Shown here: piece by piece, positions 14,256 through 25,977 of the stretch
How positions within the stretch are numbered: the first letter of the stretch is position 1
How the letters are laid out: each line of letters starts with the position of its first letter
NCBI RefSeq assembly: GCF_037042905.1
Contig: NC_087252.1
Location: forward strand, 22,322,001-22,386,000
DNA length: 64,000 bases
DNA from: Lytechinus pictus
Taxonomy: Eukaryota
Direction of reading: 5' to 3'
Made by a program: the position numbers and the translations under genes
The notes under the pieces: model-generated
The model's database searches: none
Seen by the model: only the letters and a program-made list of their open reading frames with translations
Told to the model about the DNA's origin: nothing

Positions 14256-15972
14256 CTCACCATTTTCTATTTTAAAGGCTGACAAGTATTCAGTGCTATC
14301 AACGCATTTTGATTACTTTTAATAAGTTATGTGACATATGCCCTATACCATTAACTTCATTTTTCTTATAAATTAGTATTTTTTATTTTAAAAATATAGT
14401 ACTTAAAAGCTACTCGTTCAAAACGCACACAAGTAGACCTGCTTCCAACATATTCATTAGATCAGGCGTAGGCAAAATAACTCCGGACTTTTCGCATTTA
14501 CTACGGAGGCGCTCGATCTCTACAACGCAGCAATTCCTTTGAAAATTCTATTCATATCACAATGGAGAGATGAGGGGCTTTTGTCGAAAGTTGGTGGAGC
14601 GGGACAGCAGCGGAATCTCTTGAGTCTGGACAACGACACATTTGCAATAGTTCGACCGGTGCGAATCTTCGGATGATCTGCTGTCCCAGTCCACCAACTT
14701 TCGACAAAAGCCTCACAATCGGCTCTCTATTGTGATTTTAATTGCATTTTCAAACGAATCGATGCATTGTAGAGGGTCTCCGTCGTAAATGCGAAAAGTC
14801 CGTATTAACAGTGGACACAGAACGATTTTGAAAGCTGGGGGAGTGGAGCGGGATATTCATAAAGTCACAAATTGACGAGCAAATTTCACGTTTTCGTACA
14901 TGGTTACTGAAACAAAATAACAAGCCCTTTCAGTCCCTCGCCCCCTTAGCGTATCACGATTTGGGATTCTTTCCTTTTGACCCCCCCCCCCAAAAAAAAA
15001 AAAAAAAAAAAACAATTGAAAAATATACAAACATGATAAACGTGAATATTTACAACCTCTGCAAAAATCGTAAACAGGTTTTTTAAACGTGAATAAGCGT
15101 TAATTGCCAAAATCGAATTTACATTCCAATCTTATATACAGTATAAACAATCGTTTTATCATTGCCACTGAATCATTATTTAAACCATTTAACCATAAAT
15201 TAATTCGTTTCTGCAGAATGAGGACACATCCTTTAATAGTTTATACAGATATAGAGCATGCGCAGTTCTGCTTAGGAAAAGAATAGTGAATTGAAAGCAA
15301 ATTTTTTTTCAACCACGTGAGCACTATTTGACCAATCATTTATTCAGGATAGTCATGGACATTCATGGTAGAGAAATAATTGCAGTTGATAAATACACAG
15401 ATCTGGGTTATTAACTGTACATTCGATGACAGACATCTTTCCGCTAGAGACATTCGTTGTCATATTCCAAACCTTCAATATTGTCCAGTTTACTTTGAAA
15501 AAAAACTCCACTAATATCACGCTAACATTTTGAATAGGCCTTCTTCATCAGAATGATACGAGGATAGAAGTAAGAAAGTAGAAAATGGGTCTTTTACCAA
15601 ATCAGCTATTGGCCATGTGCTAGACATTTAACGTTGCTTTTCCAGATAAAGCAAAATAAAGCCAACTTTAAAAAAATTTTCTTCGGTTGCTGATCAATAT
15701 CATTGACGTGCAACAAGAGCAGCTGCGTGGGGAGGGCAGAGACGACTTTTGAAGTGATGCAAGAAGGGTTGGATATGGGAAGAAAGAAGGGAGTGTATAA
15801 AAAGGAGAGATGTTGGCTGTGTGATTCTATAATACTTCTATAATTCAATTGAGACAAAAATTTGACGTAATCTTGACGCTGTCTTGACCCCCCCCCCCTC
15901 CTAAAAATACCCTGCCCGACAATGCTTTCACTCACTTGCAGCTATGTAATGTATCCACTCATTGGAAATTAT

Positions 15973-16938
15973 ATACACACACGTTATGTACTCAACTAAT
16001 TGATTCGTAGGCACGTATTCTGAAGTCAGGTTTAACTTAGACCAGGGTCTAACCCTGTGCTAAGTGTATGGGGAGCCAAGAATTAAAAAAATATGTTTAT
16101 TTTGTATATTTCTTATGTTACCTATTTTGTTTCCTCTTGCTTTCATAATAAAGAAAAATAGTTCAGTTATCATTTCCAGACAATTATGAACAAATTGTAT
16201 GTCATTATGAGTTACTAAATTGAATGTGTACTGTTAGGGATTTGTGCCCCAATTGGCTGTCCATAGTTAAACCACAACTTTAAACTAGGGTTTAATTTAA
16301 ACCTGAGTTCAGAATACGGGCCATAGTGTACCCAAGGGATACGGTCTGTAACCATTATTCTTTATATCACCTACTATTTCTCAATAAACCTACTTAATTT
16401 CAGTGAAACGAATCATGACAAACTGACGTTTTGTCAAGAAACTTTTGTTTTCATACACACACGTTACGTATTCAGCTAATTGATTTATGGTGTACCCCAG
16501 GGATACAGTCTATGATCATTTATTCTTCATATCACCAACTATTTTTTAATAAACCTACTTAATTTCAGTGAAACGAATCATGACAAACTGACGTTTTATC
16601 AAGAAACGTATCTTTTTTATACACCTACGTTATGTATTCAAGTGATTGATTCATGGTGTACCACAGGGATACAGTCTGTAACCATTATTCTTCATATCAC
16701 CTACTATTTCTCAATAAACCTACTTAATTTGAGTAAAATGAATCATGACAAATTGACGTTTTATCAAGAAACTTTTTTTATTTTTATTCACACAGATTAT
16801 GTATTCAACTAATTGATTCATGGTATACAGTCTGTAACCATTATTGTTCTTCATATCATTTTTTATTATTTGTATACCTACTTAATTTCATTGAAATGAA
16901 TCATGACAAACTGACGTTTTATTAAGAAACTTTTCTTT
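15973..16938. repeat. About 166-bp tandem repeat, 4 copies, immediately 3' of the trehalase stop
   Basis: Equivalent unit positions at about 15981, 16461, 16627, 16794; the first copy is interrupted by a MITE. Confidence 0.85.
16010..16322. mobile_element. Harbinger/Tourist-like MITE inserted in the 166-bp tandem repeat
   Basis: TIR GGC(A/C)CGTATTCTGAA(G/C)TCAGGTTTAA; diverged relative at 52573-52896 has a TAT TSD. Confidence 0.75.
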
Positions 16939-17097
16939 TTAGACGTCATGAGAGAGGAATAGGGCAATGACTAAGCAGATGATATTTAAAAGAATAAAAG
17001 CAGTCTCGTGAGAGCCTGAGCCAGTATCTATCTGTAGTTGGTCTCCATAGTGATCTAGAAGAGACATGATGACACCGTTGGTCCACCCAAAGCCAGC
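16939..17097 (-). CDS. TREH: Trehalase exon 13 (last coding)
   Basis: [52 protein letters not shown]. Confidence 0.95.
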   Translation of the reverse strand, partial: AGFGWTNGVIMSLLDHYGDQLQIDTGSGSHETAFILLNIICLVIALFLSHDV

Positions 17098-20000
17098 CTG
17101 AACACAAACAGGGAATGAACAAACGACTACAATTATTTATTGGTTTATGTTTTATATGATCTTTTCATATTTCATACCGAGAGAACAAACAAAAACTAGA
17201 AAATATAAAGATGACTAACTTAGAGTGGATTATATTCAGAGTGGATTATATGTTTGGCTGTTCTCATTTTGATGCAATTTAGGAAGAAACAAATAAGAAA
17301 CTTCAAAGATGAATAATTAAAAGAGACTTTCAATCCCAATTTCCATTTCAAACTAGTTTGAATATTTTTATAAAAAAAACCCGGAAAACAAATAAGGACT
17401 AGGAAAAATTCAAATATTCACTTAATTTACATTTCACATTGTTTAATGATCAATTTTATTACTTTAACATTGAACCGGGATCCAACAAAATCCATAAAAT
17501 ATACTCTATTCTAACGAAAACGTACCATGTCCCCGAAATCATATTTTATCAGTCTATGCAGTTGCTTAAAAATAGAACATTGGTAAATTGTATCCATCCC
17601 CCTTTTGACTCACCTGAACAGCATATTCCCCTCCATGCCCAGGAACACCTTGTCTTTCCACATCATACTAAAAAGAGCATAAGTACATCAATAATAATAA
17701 TGTAATCATGGCAAGGATAGCTAGAGAAACAAACCTGAAGAATTAGGACGATGTGATGGTGCATTGGCGTGATCGGGATGAGTTCTTCTTAGTGCCCACT
17801 TTTTATTACATCTCGCTTTATTGTCTTCTACAAGTTCACCATTTTCTGCACTTGAATGCATAACAAAGAAAGATCGACAACCTCACCTACAAAGGCTGCA
17901 GAGCCATTGGACACATAACCAGCTCGGGTTTAAGTACATTTTTTTGGTCTGTCTGTGGATAGACAAAAGAGTCTTTACAGCACAGGTCATCGCGCATTCA
18001 TAGGTGTCTTGGGATAACTACTAAAATAGTTCATTTTCCCACCATGTAATCCTTACGGAAAATCATTTTAAGCATACAAAACTATAAAACAACATTTTTG
18101 ACATTTTGGGACTTTCCATAATTTTAGCACGGAGATAGACCATGGTCGAAGTTAAACTGGACATCAGAATACGAAGGACAATATTAATAAGGAAAGTCGA
18201 TCCTACCTTCTCAAACATGAGGTTAGTCTCGTTGTACGCTCTCCAGTTTGTAAGAGTCCAATTCTGAGCAAGTTTCAGCGCGTAATCGTTCGCCTCCTCA
18301 ACGTCGCTTTGGCGTAAGGTCTCGATGACGATGTCCTGGAGAGGCGGCCAGGCATTTGGGTAGTCCCACTGCTGTCCCGATCTCGTCAAGGATGTCGGGA
18401 TCCCGCCGGCATAGTCCAAGACACCTTCTCCCTAGTTATATAAGGCAAAGTATCGATATAGATGTCATGTGTATAGAATTGTCCAAAGGTTCAAAAGGAT
18501 TATTTTCTTTCTCCGTATACGTTCATAATTATGTAACCTGTCACCCCCAAGCCCACAATAGCCATTTTTTCGCTCAAGGATGTTTAACGAATCCTTCTAC
18601 GCAGCAAACGCATTGAAAATACAAGTCAAATTACAATGAAGTTTTTGTCGAGGGTCGGTGGATCGGAATAGCAGTTTCGTCCGATGTTTCAGAGCAGACG
18701 AAAAATCGCAAATTTGTTGTTTGCCCCGAGTCACCGACGAAACTGCTGTTTCGATTCACCGATCCTCGACAAATACTTCATTGTCATGAAGGGTATTTGG
18801 CAATAGATTCTCTCCGTTCCAAAAAGCGTCTGCGTAGCTGTTGGAAAACTCCATAATAAGTCGCGAGAGAAGATTATCTGGTAAAAGCCAGTAACTCTGT
18901 CTTCAAAAGAAAAAAATTAGACAATAGTCTGATCTTCGTAATTGGTAATCAGGTTTTGATGAAATTGTCACCGTTTTACTTTTTTTAGGTATGATGTTTT
19001 GAGACTGGAGTACCCCCTTTAACTTTGTTTCAATATTGACCTGTTGGGAAAATCGAATGATGCCAGGCGATACCCGAATTTCCCTTACGAGGGGTGCGTG
19101 AAAAATGGTGTACCAACGTACCTTAAGGTAGTCCAGTACCTTCTGTTGAACATCATTCGTATCCTCAAAACATGAAGCCCACATTGGCATGATATTCGAT
19201 GGGTAGAACTCTTCGACAGTGTTTTCGCTCACTGTATCGTAGTCGAACCAAGCGCCATGTTCCTCGCTCCACAGTACTGCAGCTATGGCCTCTTTGCGTT
19301 TGTTAAAGGCTTGTAGATAGGTTTCGGCTTTGGTTTCATTGCCTGTGTGTGGGGAGAGAGGTTTGCAGTAAGGATTTATTCTCAGGGTATATTTCAAGTT
19401 GCTTCTAAGTTAGCTCAGAAGACACTTTATGGAGTGCCAGATGGCATAGGCCTATATCTTTCACCTCTTAGCATAACATCAATTTAATCATGCAGTTAGG
19501 TAAATAAACGTCAAATAAATAAGGGGACAATAAAACGGATTTCAAAAAAAAAAAATATTCCAGGCGCGGATGGGAGGGGGGAAGAGGTACGGACGCACCT
19601 TTAAAATTTGAAAATAGAATGATTCACGTACCCCGAAAACAAATCATTTTTTTTTCTTTGCTTGCCCTATATTTCTGGAGACGAAATGCTCCTTTTTTTT
19701 TGAGTGATGACCCCTCTTTTGCGTGTCAAATTTTTCGGACTAATTCGCAACCCCGAAAAAGTCCGACTCTGGATCCTCTTCTGTCCACTTTGTCAATTGT
19801 CTTTGGTTGAATGGTACATTACAGGGGCCGCGGAACGGTTTTCAAAGTCGCCCTCACCCGCTCCCGCGGCCCCTGCATCAGGTTTTTTCTCCTCAAACGA
19901 ATTCATCTTTCTAAGATAATTAAGTGAAAGAATGTGTAAGCCTACTGAGGAGCTCACCGGTCATGTTATACATCTCATATAGGGCCCTCTCACAAAGACA

Positions 20001-23000
20001 CAAGACGCTGTTCAGGTCAACAGGAACTATTTCTTTGGTGCGGATAGTTGCAAGTGTTTCCCCATCACGGAACCAACGCGTTGAGAAGTCCCATCCGCTT
20101 TCTGCTGCTGATGCCAGGTTCGAATATACCTCTGCGGCATCCTCTTTGATTTGCGAATAGAGGAAAGGAAATATGATTTTTTCAATGTTAAATGAGAATA
20201 AGAACTTCGTGGTTTCATGATGTTGGGAATGGGATTAACATGAAACGGATGCCAATCAGCCTGTGTCATCACAGCGGGTATGTCGCGTTGCGGGGTCGGG
20301 CAATCGCGTAAACCCGACCGATCGAGAAACGGACACCTTAGATTCCCGAAAGGTAGGGTCCATTCTACCCGATATTTTGTGAAAATCATAGCACGATTAT
20401 CGAATGGTGGTAAAATGGACCCGACGTTTTGGGAATTTAGGGGGCCCTTTTTCTCGAACGGTCGGGTAAACGCGATTACCCGACCGAGTCGACGACCCGA
20501 TGTAATGACACAAGCCTGCCAAGCTACCTAAAGTATGTTATTGTTAAATCAATACAAATCCGAAATATTCGAAAAGGTGTATGTCAAAAGGATGATGGTA
20601 ATATTGATACTGATGATGATTCGTTGAATTCATATTACGCCGTACATATTGTGCGATAATCCTACGGATTTATGACCTTATATGAATTCCTAAGACACCT
20701 TCACAGTGTGACTATTCACACATGTTCGACTATTGTAAATATGGGATTCATACTGTTGGAACGCCCAAATGTAACATTGTGGAGGTGATTTCACATTGTG
20801 TTTCACACTGTGAACACTCGCTGTGGGACACTGTGTAAAGTGGGGGTATGTCGAAAGGATAATGGTAATATTGGCGCAGATGATTATTCATTCAAGTCAT
20901 ATTTACACGATACATAATGTTTGCTAAAGCATGGCGATTTATGATCTTACATGAATTCCAAAGACATGGCTTTATTGAATCCAGCCTTTGACTGTCAAGA
21001 GAAGATAATGTCAATTTTGAGCATGTTGGGCGACTTTTGAAACAATGGAGTAATGCATACGTATAATTTGTATTAGTTCTCACCTTCATTATTACCATGG
21101 GCAGTTTCGATATCTTCACGGTAAGACTCAGGTCTGGAAGTAGGAAAGTCATAGAAATAGATGTTATATTCGTTTTACTTGTATTTTATAAATAATAAAT
21201 ACCTACATTAGTATTGATAGTAACTTATACTTTATCAGTTAGAGTAATAATATTGAGTAAATATTCCGCTAGAATGGAATCATGTGTTGCCATTTTAACC
21301 GTACATGACACACGATGTTTGGCAATGCCAATCGTAATCACTTAAACACACACAATATTAACACACATACACGCCCAACCGCAAGCACACACCCACTCCC
21401 AGCGTAAATAAAATGAATATCTATAATAATAATGATTAAAAAAAAATGAGGATGATAAAAAAAAAAAAATAATAATAATGATAATAATAATAGTAATGAT
21501 ATGATACGAAGCCACTATATACTCTACTGTGATTTAGTTACTCCTATTGCTTATACTACTTACCATTAATATTTAATGATAACAGTGACGGTATTAATAA
21601 TGATGAAGTTAAATGATAATCAATATATACAATAATGATGATAATATTAGTGATAATAAATATGATGATAATAATAAAAATTATAATTTATATAGATTTT
21701 GAGATTGGAGCCTAGTATTCATTAGCTCCTTTTCTTTCTTTTCTCTCCGTTTTTTAGGTTTTGGATGGATCATGAAAATTCTGGATTCAATTCATTATAC
21801 TTTCAACGATTTTCCTTCTTTTATTAAAACCATTTGAACGTCATGCAGGGTGGATTACATTTCTATTGTAAAACCAATAGGCCTTACCTCGGCATACCCA
21901 TGTAGACGTTATATCTATTTAATGTATGCACGTTCGATTCCTTGGTGATGTCAATAGATCTATTGGTCATCCAGAACTGGTACTCGGTCTCGAGGTCGGG
22001 TAGAAAGGTTCGAATCGTTTCCAGGTCGTCGGTGGCTTGGAGGTAGAGATACACTGAAGGAATCAGGAATGGTGGTTGACTTCGTTTCTCGTAGTAGACC
22101 CGGTTTCCATTCGGGACATGACCGAGGCTGTTCGTTGGCGAGTGAAAAGAACAATAGTTAATAACAGTGTTTTACACAGATATTTAGGCATACAGATCCA
22201 TGGCCCTGGGAAGCGGGGATGCTGTTCAAAGCACCCCCAATATTTTTTTCCCAGGGGGTGCTGCATGTATTATTTTCCATAGGCAGCACCCCTTGGAATT
22301 CTGGTAAGTGTGTCAAATTGGAGAAATGTATGGAAAGTGACCAACACTTTTTGTTGATATCTTTTTTTTTGGCTTGTCCAATTTTTTAAGGACCAAATTA
22401 CCTTCATTTTGTAGTGCAACCCCCCATTTTTTTTTGCTTGTCAAATTTCTTCGGACCAAAACGACCTTTATTTTTCTTTATTACTTCAGAAGTTCAGCTC
22501 CCCAGCCAAAAAATGTTCCCAGGGCCTTGTACAGATCTCGATATCAAATATGAAACATGGATTGTTGTCGATATTGAAGCAAAATACAATATATGTTAAT
22601 ACATTTTACACACTGCCGTTGATGGGCGAGTGAAAGAACAGAAAGTAGCAACTGATTTTTTTCCACAGTTATTTACAAATCTCTATTTAAAATGTGATGT
22701 CTATGTTGCAACAAAAGAAAATCTATAATACATTTTGTACGCTTTATTTGTTTGATGATTCTCAGTTAAACTATCAAATGTAATTATATGTAAGGATTTT
22801 GTATATATTTTGTTCTGTTGGAAAATATTAAATATGGATTTGAATTTAGAGATAAACATGTAAAATCATATGGTCAAAAAGATATTATCCAGCGAGCCCT
22901 AGATTAGTTAGCTTTCCCCTGATTTTTTGTCAAAAAGAATTGTAGCTTACGATAGTCCAGTTTCATACACACCTGTTACGATAACAAATGGCAGATTTGT

Positions 23001-25892
23001 AAAAAAAATACATCAGCTTTATTGCAATTTTTTACAATAATAGGTTTTCTGAAATGTCTTGTGGTTGGTTTAGCAAGTGTGCGCCTAACAGGCTGCTTGA
23101 TATGCTATGAATCCAGTGACCGGGTAATAATAATATTGAACAGTCGTAGATTGATAAAGCGCTATATAAATGCCAATTATTATTATTATTATGAAGGAAT
23201 TTACCTTTTTGTTATCGAGACGAAATTTGTCAGCATTCCTTTGACTGTCTCGGTCATTTCACTCAGCAGAAGCCCTTTGAATATCCAGTATGAATCCCTG
23301 TTATGAAGGAGAGAAGTTGAAAGTCGTTGTTATACAGGTGTGTGTGTGGGTGTGCGTGGGGATGTGAGAGCAGGGGTGCGTGCGTGTGTGTGGTTTCGTG
23401 TGTGTGTGTTTTACGACGAGAATGTGTGTAGGCCCCTACGTGTTGTGTATGGATGCGGGTGCGTGTGTGGATGTGATGTATTTGTGTGAAGTTGAGGGTG
23501 TGTTTGTGAGTGTATGAATGGTAGCTCCTTGGATGTGTGCGTGTGTGTATGTTGTCGTTGTCGATGAAGTTGTGTGGGCGTAAATGCAAGTGAGAGAGCA
23601 AATATGTGAGTGATGTATATAAATTTGGAAGATGTAAGATAAATTTAGAAGTAGATGAAAGAACAATATAAAAAAAAATGGAGCGGAAAATCGAGAGCAC
23701 AATGAATTTAAGATATGGCTTGAGTTTTCATCGAGTACGAACAAAGTAATTTTTCAATCAATTAATTCGCAAAATACATCGTAAAACGTTGGTTTATTTA
23801 TCATGGGAAGTAAAAAGCGCACCGTATATATGCAGGGTCGTCAGGAGTTAAGTTTGTGCAAAATCGTACAAATTGGCCTAATAACTCAAAATAAGGAGTA
23901 TGATAGGTCATCAATAAACTTAGTCTTCTAGAAAAGAAAATAGTTGACAATGAAAATTTATTAATGATATTGACTTGATTTGATTTAAATTTACTTACAC
24001 ATTTCATAATTCACATAAGATGTCGGCAAATGAAACATAAAACATGTACAATCGTATAAATGAGACATTAATAAAAATTGAAAGACATTAAAAAATGTAT
24101 ACGTTAACTATACAGGAACCTGCATAAAAAAGGCAAGGCTCTGGAGTTTGCAGATTCCTAAAAAGAAACTGGGTTTTTTCCCACAATTTTTATATTCCAA
24201 ACATTTAAGTGATCGACAATTTCGGATTTATGTTGACTATTGCAATGATAGCGATACAGAATGACATCATACTGATATTATCCACATAAATATATTATCA
24301 TACGGAGTATTCGTACAAGTACATGAAAGTGAAATAAAATAAAACAAAAATAATACCAATAGTAGAATTCTCTAAAACGGCCACCGGGCACGATGAATGG
24401 ATTCTCGACGTGCAACAACGAATAGCGATCCGCATTAGTGAGAACATCTTGTTTGATCTACAAGAAAAGATGATATAAAATGGGTAAAGGCAGCAAAATA
24501 TGGTTATAATGAATGTAAAGAGCAAATATAGTCATATCAAGAGAAACTATTCAGATGGGTCTTGCTATTTGGATGAAGATGGAGGTTTATTAGATTTTCC
24601 CTTCTCTCAAGAGAGATTTTCCAACAAATATTCATGCACGCTTCATGCATTTGACAGACATTTTCCCCGCAGCTAAGAAGCAAAAATGTTTGAATTATCA
24701 AAATATATTGATTATCTCGAAGGTCAGAGGTCAATATTTATACACATTTAGACTACTGAGGAAGATTTAAATAAACGTGCAAGTGTATACGCAAATGGTA
24801 TGGCGCCAGTATTAGGAGACGGGTGGCAACCAACCAAAATGATTTTACAAGTAATGAAAAAAAAGGAGAGCATAAAAAACAAAAAATGAGCTGAGAATAG
24901 TTATTCGATAATCAGTATGCCTGTTGTTTAATTGAAAAATGTACATGCGATCTCACCCCGCCACCCCCCCCCCCCCCGCGCCCTAAAAATACCCTGGGGC
25001 CTCCAAGTGGACCGGCCTTGACAGACAATATGCTTAATCATTATCGCATGTTATTGTGATGACATTGATGATTATCATGATTACGATGATGGATGATAAA
25101 TATAGAAATAATATAATAACGACGATGATGATGACGGTGATAATATTAATGGCAGCAACAACAGCAGCAAAATTACAACAACAACAAATAATAACAACAA
25201 CAATAATAATAATAACAATGATAATAATAAGAAAAATGATGATGATGACATAATGATGATAGTGATGATGATTATTATTATAGGGTTTAATACAGTCCTT
25301 CTAAGCGCTACAAGGTATTAATATTTCATAATAACGATATAAAATTCGCAGCAAAAATACCATCTAATCATTATCATAAAACTAGTGTCATCATGATGAT
25401 TATCATTAGCATAATGCTCTTTTATTTTATGTTACCTGTCTTCCGAGGTCCTTCCAAAGTTCATTCAAATCCTTTGCCCATTCCTTCAAGTCAGCGTCTT
25501 TTATGCCCTCGATGAATCCTGGACTGTAAAAGAATTTTCACAGAAAGATTTAAGTATGTCATGATCAAAGGATTTTAATATTATTTATTTTTATTACATA
25601 GTTTAGCGAGCATACTATCTTAATTTTACTACTTATTGATAGTAGAATAAAATGATACAAAGGGTTTTTTAATATGAAGGAAAGCAATATGAAGACTGTA
25701 AGTTAAAAGTTAAAACAAAAGTATTCACCATCAAGCCAGTCATCACCTGCATCATCATCATCATCGCCACCATCACCATCATCATTACCATCATCATCAT
25801 CATCTTCATATCTTCATCACCATCATCATCCACCGATAATCATCACCATCAGCATCATCATCCTCACCGTCATCATCATCATCATCATCATC

Positions 25893-25926
<34 letters not shown>

Positions 25927-25944
25927 CCCTCATCATCATCCACC

Positions 25945-25977
<33 letters not shown>

